In this document: positions 39,007 through 48,720 of the stretch, in pieces
Position numbering within the stretch: the stretch's first letter is position 1
How the letters are laid out: every line of letters starts with the position of its first letter
IMG/VR virus record: IMGVR_UViG_3300014000_000001
Location: 32,001 to 96,000 of that record
Length of the DNA stretch: 64,000 nucleotides
Strand: one strand, 5' to 3'
Source of the DNA: a virus
Lineage: Duplodnaviria; Caudoviricetes
Position numbers and translations under genes: made by a program
Notes under the pieces: generated by a model
The model's input: only the letters and a program-made list of their open reading frames with translations
The model's database searches: none
What the model was told of the DNA's origin: nothing

Positions 39007-39312
39007 ATGAAATTTTCAAACGACTCCATCGCCGCAATAAATGCGTTGTTAACCAACGCAGGTGAATCAGCCGTTGATGTCAACGCTGATCCAGTTACAG
39101 TATTAGAACAGATCTTAGCTGATAAGCTAAGTAAAAAGCATTTCGCACCGCAAACGCGAAGAATTACAAACCACGCAATAAATAACGGGGAAATCCCCGC
39201 TACCGAGTTATTGGAATGCGTTCACTTTGAATTGGGTAACTGTTACCAGGAGGAGTATGTCTACACCTTCTGGCGAATAGACGGTGATACCATCTATGTT
39301 ACTCAGAAATAA
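39007..39312 (+). CDS. Hypothetical protein (101 aa)
   Basis: Promoter, ACAGAGGT SD and terminator form a monocistronic unit. Confidence 0.8.
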   Translation: MKFSNDSIAAINALLTNAGESAVDVNADPVTVLEQILADKLSKKHFAPQTRRITNHAINNGEIPATELLECVHFELGNCYQEEYVYTFWRIDGDTIYVTQK

Positions 39313-39341
39313 ATAAAGGAGCTTTAAGCTCCTTTATTTTT
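39311..39341. terminator. Bidirectional terminator
   Basis: AAATAAAGGAGCT-TTA-AGCTCCTTTATTT. Confidence 0.8.
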
Positions 39342-39344
39342 TGG

Positions 39345-40583
39345 TTAATTTTTATCTTTTAAGAATGTACGTGCTAAGATATAAAGAACTAATCCAGTAC
39401 GAGCGGATGCAATGATGGTGGAGTTATTTGATTTCACAAACTTCTTCACAAACTTACCTCCAATGTCACGGATCTTTTCAATATCTCCTTTAGCACGAGG
39501 TGCTCCATAAAGAGAATGCATATACACCAAGAACTCAGCGATATTATCTGCTTTCTTTTGAATATCCTTGTCTTGTTGGATTTGTTGGAATGCGTGAAGT
39601 AAGATTAAATCTAAAAGCTCAGTACAAAGTTTATTCCCTTTGTTATATTGCTCATAAAACTTCACCACAGCATCAGAGAGCACAGGTGGCGGTAATCCTG
39701 GTCCTACTAACCCTAAAACTACATTGGCTACCTCAGATCGAATAAACGAGCTTCTATCACGTAAGGTAGTTTCAATGTAGTTCTTGTAGTTATCATACTG
39801 TCCAGCAACATCACGTACGGTTGTACCCTCTTCCATTTCCACCATCATGGATGAACGAAGATGTTTAGTCTCTTGTTGCTTTACATCAATCATTTCATCA
39901 TAGAGGTTCTTTACAATAGACTTCACACGCGTAATAGTATCTGAGATCATGTAAAGCACTTTAGGATCAGGTTCAAAGTTCTTCACCACATTATAATGAA
40001 TTGATTTTGGAGAGATCATATCTTCTGAACGCTCAAGAAGTAGATTATACCAATTACCTGTTTTCTTTAATGAGTATTTGTAAGAAAGATTGTTATATAC
40101 TTTCTCCGATGTTTCTTCGGTAGTTAAGAATTGGAAAGATTGGTTCATAAACGATGTGAGTGCTTTAATATTAAGCACCATGGCACAGGAAACCATAGCA
40201 TCGTGTTTAAGTTCAGGCATGAGCGAGGATTTATAAAAACGATAAATCATGTACACGCATGACATATTTACTACATCGGTATATTTCTTCCAGTCTTTTT
40301 TGATACTTGGTAATTCAACTAAGTCATTACGAACTTCAAGTTCATCAATGTCAAGGACATCGGTGAGCCAATCTAATCGATCTAAAGTTGAATAAACGAC
40401 TTTATAAACCCCAAAGCTATTGGAACCAAAGAAATGAATGTGATCTTCATTCTTGGTTCGAAACGCATCAATATACTGTTCAATACGTTTTAAAAGTTTG
40501 GCATCGAATTTTACATGGCTTAAATGTTTGTCCATGACAGCTTTAATATTCTTCATTTTTAAAACCCTAAATATATAATACAC
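39345..40583 (-). CDS. Helical hypothetical protein, probably a conserved phiKZ-like core protein (likely start MKNIK)
   Basis: Long isolated minus-strand ORF near the terminase block; no function recognised. Confidence 0.6.
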   Translation of the reverse strand: MYYIFRVLKMKNIKAVMDKHLSHVKFDAKLLKRIEQYIDAFRTKNEDHIHFFGSNSFGVYKVVYSTLDRLDWLTDVLDIDELEVRNDLVELPSIKKDWKKYTDVVNMSCVYMIYRFYKSSLMPELKHDAMVSCAMVLNIKALTSFMNQSFQFLTTEETSEKVYNNLSYKYSLKKTGNWYNLLLERSEDMISPKSIHYNVVKNFEPDPKVLYMISDTITRVKSIVKNLYDEMIDVKQQETKHLRSSMMVEMEEGTTVRDVAGQYDNYKNYIETTLRDRSSFIRSEVANVVLGLVGPGLPPPVLSDAVVKFYEQYNKGNKLCTELLDLILLHAFQQIQQDKDIQKKADNIAEFLVYMHSLYGAPRAKGDIEKIRDIGGKFVKKFVKSNNSTIIASARTGLVLYILARTFLKDKN

Positions 40584-40634
40584 TGTCTGTGTTGATCCAA
40601 ATGATTTGGCATAAATTAATATGAGTGTTTAGTT

Positions 40635-41030
40635 GTGCTAAAGAATTTGGAGTTTAGGAACATGTCAGTTCATCAGAGTTTCATGGGGTCATTTCAACAA
40701 AATAAACCGCAAGATAATTTCTTTAATTTACGTCGTAAAGAAGATATTAGTACCATCTACCACCAAGAGTATCTAGGTGATAGTGAGGGTTTAAGTGATT
40801 ATTGGTGTGAGCCTCCAGTTGGGTTTAAACATCGCTGCGATTATATCATTGGTATTTTTCGAGATAAGATTGGATTAGCAATTGGGGTATCACAAAGTGG
40901 GGGCAATAAGTTCTTCACGGTGTTGGTTAAAAATCCGACTGATGTTCCAAGATACTTGATTGATTATGGGATTAAGCATTTGTTTCCATATAGTGAAAAT
41001 GAAATTAACGATATTATTAATTCTTTATAA
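40635..41030 (+). CDS. Hypothetical protein (likely start 40662)
   Basis: ORF with AGGA SD before MSVHQ; followed by a terminator. Confidence 0.65.
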   Translation: MLKNLEFRNMSVHQSFMGSFQQNKPQDNFFNLRRKEDISTIYHQEYLGDSEGLSDYWCEPPVGFKHRCDYIIGIFRDKIGLAIGVSQSGGNKFFTVLVKNPTDVPRYLIDYGIKHLFPYSENEINDIINSL

Positions 41031-41034
41031 TTTT

Positions 41035-41067
41035 AGATAGGAGGCTTTAAGCCTCCTATCTTTTTTT
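41035..41067 (+). terminator. Intrinsic terminator
   Basis: AGATAGGAGGCT-TTA-AGCCTCCTATCT, T run, TATG. Confidence 0.8.
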
Positions 41068-41082
41068 ATGTCTTTTAGTAAA

Positions 41083-41108
41083 ATACAGATATACATAATC
41101 TATGTGAA
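41083..41108 (+). promoter_or_regulatory. Putative early promoter
   Basis: ATACAGATATACATAATCTATGTGAA; nearly identical to the copy at 46598. Confidence 0.75.
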
Positions 41109-41131
41109 CATCCACATAGAGGTAACAAATC

Positions 41132-42277
41132 ATGATTTTAAATCCAATGTTTTCGGGACAACCCGCCCGAATTAAAGTAGGGACTTATCTTGAACCAGCT
41201 GATTATCAGTATTATATTCCTAAACATAAAAACAATAATAACTGCATTGAGGTGAACGTTAATCGTAGAATTAAACAATCTGAAGAAATGATCCATGTGA
41301 TTAATAATGCCGAAGGTTTAATTCGACGACTAAACGCCAACGTTGATACATCGGGGGGATATACCAGTATTCCAGGGGAAGAAACCATTCATGTTCTTGA
41401 ACGTTCTTTGCTCGAAAATATACATCACCGCACACCATGGACACCGTTAGTAGGCTATGCCTGGGTGGAAAAGAAAGCAAAGCATATCAACTTCCCTGAT
41501 TATGCTCCTGTATTTGAACAACCAATTACAAATAACCTACACGATCTCCTAGTCAACAATTTAGCCTTTGTTGATCAACTACCGATATATTTCAACAACC
41601 GACCGACCACCACGATCAGTTACCATAGTTTTTCTAAATTCTTAGATTTAGCCCAATGTAATTCTGACTTCTTAGACTCTGATTATTTCACAGATGATGG
41701 TGATGTCTGGACCGATCTTAATGGAGAAGATACTGAAAAAGCAAATTGGCAAAGGGAAGAATATAATTCGATTATTGCTGATGCTAGTATTGACCTAATG
41801 AATGGGTTATTTGTTGATGCTTATAATCGTATTGAGTACTTTGTAATCTATACTGATGGTGAGATGAAAACTGTTGATCAGGGAAGAATGTTAGAGTTGG
41901 GCGCTCGTTATTACGAAGCGGCTAGCTTCTACTACATCCCACCTGATATTAAATTATTAGCCACTATCAATACGATAGGTAACATGCATGTTACGATCGC
42001 TCTTAACATACAAGGTAAAGAAGATCTAGTTCTTCTATTCCCTAAAGCCATCATTGCATCTGGGGATACGATGGATGTCGCTAAAGTAAAGGAGATGGCA
42101 CCTAACCATGAAGGGTTAGTGTTTTGGTACTACCCTGAAGAAGGCACTTGTACTTACTTTAATGTCAATCCATTTGGTTGCAGCTACGATGATATTGAAA
42201 AGATTTGGAATGAATCTTTAGATTATGGTAATTGGGTTCAGGAACAAATTAAACAATCAGCTGAAGATAAAGCATAA
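41132..42277 (+). CDS. Hypothetical protein (381 aa)
   Basis: AGAGGT SD. Confidence 0.8.
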   Translation: MILNPMFSGQPARIKVGTYLEPADYQYYIPKHKNNNNCIEVNVNRRIKQSEEMIHVINNAEGLIRRLNANVDTSGGYTSIPGEETIHVLERSLLENIHHRTPWTPLVGYAWVEKKAKHINFPDYAPVFEQPITNNLHDLLVNNLAFVDQLPIYFNNRPTTTISYHSFSKFLDLAQCNSDFLDSDYFTDDGDVWTDLNGEDTEKANWQREEYNSIIADASIDLMNGLFVDAYNRIEYFVIYTDGEMKTVDQGRMLELGARYYEAASFYYIPPDIKLLATINTIGNMHVTIALNIQGKEDLVLLFPKAIIASGDTMDVAKVKEMAPNHEGLVFWYYPEEGTCTYFNVNPFGCSYDDIEKIWNESLDYGNWVQEQIKQSAEDKA

Positions 42278-42329
42278 CATGCAAACATCAAAACCTAACT
42301 ACAAAGAAACAACCGCTAAGGAATAATGT

Positions 42330-43529
42330 ATGTTTGAGTTTACCACAATGAACCATAGACCTGAGTTACTTAATTTATATTTTGATTATAAACTCAATAT
42401 AAACGTTTATCAACATTCGTCAAATCCAAAGGTTAATCCATTACGGATAAAATTACCAAATAGTCCAAAACGGCCTTCCACTTCGGTGTGGTATGTTCCT
42501 AAAGAACTTATGACTCCAGATAACATGACTGTGGGGGTGTACGGGGATCATCTGATATATACCTTCTATAACTTCGAAGGTATTTTCAATATTCAGGTGC
42601 CTGAAATAAACCAAATGACGACGTATAACTATTTGAATCCAAATCAGGAGATTCAAGTCGTTCAACCTCTTGAACGTGGACACACGTTCAAGAAATGTAC
42701 GTTAGGTGAGGTCAGCAATGGAGATATGTCTAATATTAGCATTGAATACATTCAATTAGATACAAACCCCCCTAAAAGTTTCTATCAATTTAATTTATCG
42801 CAATTGATGGATAAACTTAAAGAGGTTGAATTTTTCCACACCTTATATTCTGATCCATTACATACTTTTCAACTCCAACAATGGTTGAAATTTGTAAAAC
42901 ATCAGACTTTCGCTATTTCTGTTCATGTTATTGATGAAGCTAGAAAAGGGGTGAGTTTTTCTAACACTAGCCTCATCACTTACGAAACCTTAGACGGTAA
43001 CTGCCAGACAGCTCCTTACACTGCTTTAAAATCAGACTCATCTTTATTCCCTGATGATAGTCCTGAGTATCCAGAGTATTCTTTCTTCGGATACCGTGAA
43101 ATCAACTTCGATGCTTTTAAGGATAAAATCAAATGGTTAGCCATAACAGATTCTTCCGAATCAAATATCGTTATTAATTTATATGTTTCTCAAAGTTTCT
43201 TTAACCAAGGTAATCTCATTCCTTTTCTTGGATTTAAAGATTTGACCAAGGTCGAATTAGACGTTGCGGCAAAAGTACTTGAAAAGTTTGACGGTACTCA
43301 AGTAAATATTAATACAGTTTGTAACTGGGTGTGTGAAATCATCACTCCTTACAATGGTGGTAATACTTGGGTGAAAACACCTAATCTTGACTTTTTAATA
43401 CTAGGTGGTGATGTAACTTATTTTGATCTTTATAAGTTACCACGCCTATTCTCTAAAGATGATTTAATTCAACTCATTGGTGAGAAAAGTTTTGAAGAAT
43501 TAATCGAATATGGTGGTTGTCCTTATTAA
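42330..43529 (+). CDS. Hypothetical protein (399 aa)
   Basis: AAGGA SD. Confidence 0.8.
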   Translation: MFEFTTMNHRPELLNLYFDYKLNINVYQHSSNPKVNPLRIKLPNSPKRPSTSVWYVPKELMTPDNMTVGVYGDHLIYTFYNFEGIFNIQVPEINQMTTYNYLNPNQEIQVVQPLERGHTFKKCTLGEVSNGDMSNISIEYIQLDTNPPKSFYQFNLSQLMDKLKEVEFFHTLYSDPLHTFQLQQWLKFVKHQTFAISVHVIDEARKGVSFSNTSLITYETLDGNCQTAPYTALKSDSSLFPDDSPEYPEYSFFGYREINFDAFKDKIKWLAITDSSESNIVINLYVSQSFFNQGNLIPFLGFKDLTKVELDVAAKVLEKFDGTQVNINTVCNWVCEIITPYNGGNTWVKTPNLDFLILGGDVTYFDLYKLPRLFSKDDLIQLIGEKSFEELIEYGGCPY

Positions 43530-43536
43530 TCATAAA

Positions 43537-43568
43537 TTGAATCCTCATCCTACGGGATGAGGATTCAA
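43537..43568. terminator. Terminator-like hairpin
   Basis: TTGAATCCTCATCC-TACG-GGATGAGGATTCAA. Confidence 0.7.
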
Positions 43569-43672
43569 GTACGCTGTCTATTAATTTTAACAGATTTAGA
43601 CATTATCTTTGTAGAGGTAAAGGATTGTATGAATCCAGAACCTATCTTAAAATCTAGAGGTTAGCTTTAATC

Positions 43673-44149
43673 ATGGAAAAGTATTCCACACTTGCACTTA
43701 TGTTACTCCCATTCGTTCCATCTTCTTATTCAAATCGTTGGTGGAGTTTAGCGTTACAACGTTCGTTTCAGGTGCATGGTGATCATAACTTACGCGTCCT
43801 AAACGAAGAACAATTGCAAATCGATGTTATGAAGAACGGATCTCAATGGTTTGATTATCCTGTTTTCGTTGATGGGTTTAAACCTGAAGCTGGTTTTTAT
43901 CATTTGAACGTCCAAACATCACACAAGATGTTTATCGGCTTTATGGAAATTCAAAGTGATGAATCCATCATATGGTGGGCAAGTAACGGTGGTGATTCTA
44001 TTCAGGTGGGTCGTGCTGGGGATAGTGATCGTTATTTAAATGATTATCGTTTCGAAGCTTATGAAGAGCAACTAGAGTGGATAAATGCTCAGCATTGTTT
44101 TAATAACTTCCCTGAAGGAACTACTATTTACGATATCTTAAAGTATTAA
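43673..44149 (+). CDS. Hypothetical protein (158 aa)
   Basis: AGAGGT SD; degenerate promoter motif at ~43591. Confidence 0.75.
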   Translation: MEKYSTLALMLLPFVPSSYSNRWWSLALQRSFQVHGDHNLRVLNEEQLQIDVMKNGSQWFDYPVFVDGFKPEAGFYHLNVQTSHKMFIGFMEIQSDESIIWWASNGGDSIQVGRAGDSDRYLNDYRFEAYEEQLEWINAQHCFNNFPEGTTIYDILKY

Positions 44150-44159
44150 TCTCATTTTA

Positions 44160-44185
44160 TTTCAGTTATACATCATCTAGCTGAA
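44160..44185 (+). promoter_or_regulatory. Putative early promoter (variant)
   Basis: TTTCAGTTATACATCATCTAGCTGAA. Confidence 0.65.
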
Positions 44186-44214
44186 TAAGCAATTATCATT
44201 ATTGGAGTGGCGGC

Positions 44215-44592
44215 ATGAATACAGATATTCTTGCTCTTGACCTATCTCTAGAAAGCGCAGCAAAAAACGGAATCAGTTGGACTAAACGTGCTCAACTGGT
44301 TGCCGATAGCGTAGCTAAGCTTGTTGACTTAGGTCGGGAACTTAACGAAGAACCAGTAGTGATCAATAACCCGTTGGTTACTATCGTTGTAACAAAAACT
44401 GAGAATTCAATTGAAGTTTCAGTTACTGGAAACATTACGCAAGAACACCATAATGTTGGGTTACGACTTGACACTGGTACCCTCACATTGGATACACATC
44501 CTTGTGATTTAAATGCAATCAACCAAAAGATTGCACAAATCCTACTTAGCAATAAACCCCAAGAACAAGTAACTGCTTTGGTTTATTGTTAA
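44215..44592 (+). CDS. Hypothetical protein (125 aa)
   Basis: GGAG SD. Confidence 0.75.
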   Translation: MNTDILALDLSLESAAKNGISWTKRAQLVADSVAKLVDLGRELNEEPVVINNPLVTIVVTKTENSIEVSVTGNITQEHHNVGLRLDTGTLTLDTHPCDLNAINQKIAQILLSNKPQEQVTALVYC

Positions 44593-44629
44593 TATATCTT
44601 AATCCGTAACAACACAGAGGTAATATAAC

Positions 44630-45145
44630 ATGTCTATTCAAGATATCAACACATACGTAGACGGCATCTTCAATCAGAAACTAAATGGGTCAGGTGACCT
44701 ATCTGAAATTGCATTACACTTCGATCTCATGAAAGATCGTATGGATCAATTGATGGCGTATATACACCATTATACGAACCTAGAAGAGCTTCAAGAACAA
44801 CCATGGATGCTTGGTAACGAACGTTTGTTTAAATTCGTCCAAGCAGTTGTGATTGAGCTTTTGTTTAACTCGGACAACATCAATCGTGATGTTATGTTCT
44901 TATTAGCTCATCCGTTCGATAAACAAACAGATGCAGCGAAGTTCAACGTCTATGCTATGAATCTAATGGCGTTCGCAGATGAACGCTTAACCGAGCGTTT
45001 AAATGGCGCGGGTTGGATCAAGCGCTTATTTAAAGGTTCTAAGCATTATTACGTGAATCAGTACTATAACTTGATTACTGAGAAAATCAAAATGCCTGAA
45101 GAAATCGAAGGTGATGTTGCTCCGTTTAGCCCTAAGTTGGGATAG
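44630..45145 (+). CDS. Hypothetical protein (171 aa)
   Basis: ACAGAGGT SD. Confidence 0.8.
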   Translation: MSIQDINTYVDGIFNQKLNGSGDLSEIALHFDLMKDRMDQLMAYIHHYTNLEELQEQPWMLGNERLFKFVQAVVIELLFNSDNINRDVMFLLAHPFDKQTDAAKFNVYAMNLMAFADERLTERLNGAGWIKRLFKGSKHYYVNQYYNLITEKIKMPEEIEGDVAPFSPKLG

Positions 45146-45157
45146 ATAAAAATACTG

Positions 45158-45187
45158 CTGCTGGTTATCCTATAGGATAACCAGCAG
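45158..45187. terminator. 30-bp palindromic terminator
   Basis: CTGCTGGTTATCCTATAGGATAACCAGCAG then a T run. Confidence 0.8.
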
Positions 45188-45228
45188 TTATTTCTTTTTT
45201 TTTGTCTAAGAACGCAAGGATAAACGTC

Positions 45229-45903
45229 ATGCAAACAACGGTGAAAACTAAATCGTCAATCAAACCAAAATGGGGTAATAATCAAAAGCAATCAGTGTTT
45301 ACAGAAGCTGAAGTTGCTGAGATTTCACAGTACATGAATGAGCTTCGTTTAAGTGCTTTGAAGCTTAACTTCTTACAATGTGCGCTTATAAACACTGATC
45401 CATCTCTTGCTCGTTGGCTTCATGCTAAAGGTTTTAATACTTGGGTAAAAACAGGAAATCAACGTAATGGGAAAACACTATTAACTACTGCTCAGTTGAA
45501 AAATTTAGAAGTGGGTGAACAAGTCGTTCTAAACTTATTCAATAGCGATGAGAAGTTAAATGGCAAACTGTTCATTGAAGCGTTGGGGGATCGTCGCTAC
45601 TTGATTAGTGATGTTATTGCTGAACATCGTTATAACAACTTATATCAACGTGGTTTCTACCCTGACAAGATGTGTAATACAATTTACAATGTATGCATAA
45701 AAGGTAAAAAGGATATTACTTCTTCTCGTAATCCTGATTTCGTACATGCCTTTGAATACGTCCGAAACGTAGCTCGACAAAAACAAAAAGAATTCAATAC
45801 TCAATTTGAAGAATGGAAACAAACTATATCTGAACCAACCATTGAATTACTTCGTGAAATCAACCAAGCAGATTTCGAGTTGAAAAAATTAAATGCAGCA
45901 TAA
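45229..45903 (+). CDS. Hypothetical protein (start MQTTVK)
   Basis: AAGGA SD before ATG 45229. Confidence 0.75.
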   Translation: MQTTVKTKSSIKPKWGNNQKQSVFTEAEVAEISQYMNELRLSALKLNFLQCALINTDPSLARWLHAKGFNTWVKTGNQRNGKTLLTTAQLKNLEVGEQVVLNLFNSDEKLNGKLFIEALGDRRYLISDVIAEHRYNNLYQRGFYPDKMCNTIYNVCIKGKKDITSSRNPDFVHAFEYVRNVARQKQKEFNTQFEEWKQTISEPTIELLREINQADFELKKLNAA

Positions 45904-45908
45904 ATGAT

Positions 45909-45934
45909 AATAAGGTACCCTAGGGTACCTTATT
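45909..45934. terminator. 26-bp palindromic terminator
   Basis: AATAAGGTACCCTAGGGTACCTTATT flanked by GCATAAA and TATGC. Confidence 0.8.
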
Positions 45935-46264
45935 CTATGCTCATGCTTCAGCTAACTTATGTGTAATTAAAAGAACTTCCCCACAAAAATTAAAGCCCAT
46001 CTTAAGGACTTGCTTGTGTTCTTTCTTGGGTATTACTCGCTTGGTGGATCGTTGATCTTGTTCAACATGATTAAACTTCTTAGGTGTTGCAGTTTCAATC
46101 AATACAGAGTTCACGACATATCCTTTTTTGTGTGCTTCTTGCCTAAAGAAGCTAGAGCAGGCCCCCACTCTAGCTTTGGTCTTAACTGGATTATCTCAAC
46201 CTTCCAGGCGGCTGGGTACATTAAAACTACTAATATACTCCGATCATATAAATATAGCAACAGC

Positions 46265-46582
46265 ATAAAAAAAAACACTGACTACCCACGGCAAGAGGGC
46301 AGTCAGGGCTGATTGATCGAACAATTGATCAAAGGAGAAAGAGGCCTCCCGCATCAATGCAAAACTCTATATCGCTCATTCGGCTGTGAGTTCTGGTGAA
46401 TTGGGAGGTTGGGGCTTGATTAGAGGTTTCCCTCTTTTCAATATCGAAAGGTTCCAACCGATCGACAAAGGGCTCACATTTAAGAGCACACTAAGTACCC
46501 ACCCCAGAGAAGGTCTTATAGTAAGCATTGTTATGTACTTATTGCCTTGGACGCCTACTGGGATGGGAAACTGTTTTATTCC
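46265..46582 (-). ncRNA. Candidate structured non-coding RNA (~320 nt)
   Basis: GC-richer intergenic tract with several helices whose G-U pairs work only on the minus strand; ends in a hairpin plus U10; TATG at the 5' end. Confidence 0.6.
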
Positions 46583-46597
46583 ATATAATACATGTTT

Positions 46598-46623
46598 TTA
46601 CAGATATACATAATCTATGTGAA
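46598..46623 (+). promoter_or_regulatory. Putative early promoter
   Basis: TTACAGATATACATAATCTATGTGAA. Confidence 0.75.
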
Positions 46624-46651
46624 TTATTGTTTTGTTATTACAGAGGTCGAT

Positions 46652-47413
46652 ATGAAAATTGCAACAGCGCAGAACTCTAAACCTATTCGTAAAGAATTGC
46701 AAGCTCACTTTAAAAAGTTGCTTGAAGATGGTGAACAACCCATCTCTACGAAGAATATCTTTGGTAATACATTAGCTGAAAAACCTGAATTAAGAGAACT
46801 ATTCTTCAATGAGCATGATCTTAAGAATCAAATGTATATTCATCTACATTCTCCTCACATCACCACCCGGGAAGAATTCGATGATTTATTGAAAGATCTT
46901 AAAGAGCATACGGAATATGAGGCATTAGATGTCTTGATTGGAAATATTGATTGCTTAGTTTATTCTAAGTGTAATGTGTTAAATGAAAACACCATTATAC
47001 AAATGAAAGCGTTACATTTAGGTAACAATGTAGATAACCATTGCGTGGAACATAATATCTTCATGGGTGCTGAAATTCGCACTTACCATATGTTTGATAC
47101 CGATACTGGGCGCAAACGCTTCTTGGGCTTTAGCACAGCTTATGGTGGGGTAGACGACACTACACTATGTTTATACTTAGATGAAAAGATCTTTCGTTTA
47201 ATTCAGCTGGTAATTCCAGGCGTGCGAGTATATAAAACCTTTCGAGAGGAGATTAGCAATATACACCCTATCAAATTACTAAGTCCAATGCGGGTGGTAC
47301 ATTATCCTATCGCTAGTAAAGGATATCGTGAACTATTTAAGTTTGTGAAACACCATTATGGTAACGAGCTACCAGCTCGCTGTATCAAATACATGAATTT
47401 AAAATCTATTTAA
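46652..47413 (+). CDS. Hypothetical protein (start moved to MKIAT)
   Basis: ACAGAGGT SD before ATG 46652. Confidence 0.8.
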   Translation: MKIATAQNSKPIRKELQAHFKKLLEDGEQPISTKNIFGNTLAEKPELRELFFNEHDLKNQMYIHLHSPHITTREEFDDLLKDLKEHTEYEALDVLIGNIDCLVYSKCNVLNENTIIQMKALHLGNNVDNHCVEHNIFMGAEIRTYHMFDTDTGRKRFLGFSTAYGGVDDTTLCLYLDEKIFRLIQLVIPGVRVYKTFREEISNIHPIKLLSPMRVVHYPIASKGYRELFKFVKHHYGNELPARCIKYMNLKSI

Positions 47414-47430
47414 TACAGAGGTAATAAACA

Positions 47431-47703
47431 ATGACAGATCGTAAAACTGTGAGTTCAGATGAACTTGCTGAATTTGCTAAACAAAACAATTTCAAAGTAC
47501 ACAATGATGTACATGGGATACTTACTCGTTTTGAAAATTATCCTGAGTGTTTAGACACTTGGGTGAAAGATGGATCACTCGATAGCTTAAAATTGATTGA
47601 TCAAAATAATGTAGGGGTAAAGCTTTATTCCTTAAACAACTGTGGTGTTGTCATGTGGTATAACCCAGAAGACAAACCGCTTGCTTTATTCAGAGGTAAA
47701 TAA
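47431..47703 (+). CDS. Hypothetical protein (90 aa)
   Basis: ACAGAGGT SD. Confidence 0.8.
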   Translation: MTDRKTVSSDELAEFAKQNNFKVHNDVHGILTRFENYPECLDTWVKDGSLDSLKLIDQNNVGVKLYSLNNCGVVMWYNPEDKPLALFRGK

Positions 47704-47756
47704 GATGAATATAATTGTAATTGGTGTTACGGTCGATACGCGGTGAGGCCAAACTA

Positions 47757-48176
47757 ATGAATCCATTATTTTTAAATCGTGATATTTGTCCAATGCGTGA
47801 AACGCCGAACATCGAGGAAATTAATCCCAATCGAGGGACTCACAATCATGGTGACCGTTTCGATGAATGGGATGATGAAAAGGTAATTACTTACCTTACT
47901 CTAAATGGTTTCACTAACCTTAAGAAACTCGAAGATGGAAGTTGGTGTGGTTTATACCGTCTAGCTTTCACTTGGAGTGTCTGTACCGATATCACATATC
48001 TCACACCTTACGCTTATCGATGGTGTTTTAAAGATAAAGCTGAAGCAGATTACTTCTTAGAGAATTTGAAGGAATTTGATGAAGTTCCCGTTAAACGTAC
48101 GTCATTAGTTGGGCATCGCTTTAGTGGTGAAGCTCGATTAATGGCTTTTGATAATTTAGGATTAAAGAAATGGTAG
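47757..48176 (+). CDS. Hypothetical phage protein (start MNPLF)
   Basis: GAGG SD before ATG 47757. Confidence 0.7.
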   Translation: MNPLFLNRDICPMRETPNIEEINPNRGTHNHGDRFDEWDDEKVITYLTLNGFTNLKKLEDGSWCGLYRLAFTWSVCTDITYLTPYAYRWCFKDKAEADYFLENLKEFDEVPVKRTSLVGHRFSGEARLMAFDNLGLKKW

Positions 48177-48628
48177 ATGTTATTGGTGTTGATTTATCTG
48201 TAGTCAAAATGTTGGCGATTAAATACAACAAGGCAACGAGCATTACTCCAACCATAATAAATAAATTTTGTGGATTTGAGGTAATGCTTATAAAATCATA
48301 CATCCATAAAAACCATGTTGATTCATTCATGGAAAGTGTTATAAATGATCCAGTGGCAAAAGCATATATTGTGGGAAGTGCATGGCCTAATAACGATGGA
48401 TGGGAAGTCGTTTTTAGACCTGAAACTATTTTTGCTGCTCTCAACGGTTCTGTAGGTGCTTTTAAGTTATTTAAAATCAGCCCTGACTTTACTTTGGTTC
48501 AATTAGATATGGATAATCCACTAGAGTTAATTAAAGATGATGAATATATAGAACTAAATGTAACTTACTCCGACCTTTCATGTCTAGACATTATGTCTAC
48601 GATGAATAACGAAACTAAATTCAATTAA
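48170..48628 (+). CDS. Hypothetical protein (152 aa)
   Basis: Overlaps the upstream stop; AGGA SD. Confidence 0.7.
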   Translation: MVDVIGVDLSVVKMLAIKYNKATSITPTIINKFCGFEVMLIKSYIHKNHVDSFMESVINDPVAKAYIVGSAWPNNDGWEVVFRPETIFAALNGSVGAFKLFKISPDFTLVQLDMDNPLELIKDDEYIELNVTYSDLSCLDIMSTMNNETKFN

Positions 48629-48656
48629 AATAAAGGAGCCTAGGCTCCTTTATTTT
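48627..48656. terminator. 30-bp palindromic terminator
   Basis: AAAATAAAGGAGCCTAGGCTCCTTTATTTT then TTTATGC. Confidence 0.85.
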
Positions 48657-48720
48657 TTTATGCTCTCATCTAATTCTTTGAAACGCTTATTATGGATAAT
48701 CATTACAATAGGGGAACATC

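Noticed and set aside
46123-46129. Confident programmed -1 frameshift at A-AAA-AAG
   Set aside because: No clear downstream stimulator or good start signal; such heptamers are common in AT-rich DNA, so it is kept only as a possibility
46010-46613. Plus-strand ORFs 46010-46312 and 46386-46613
   Set aside because: No SD, atypical composition, and they cross a minus-strand terminator and structured tract
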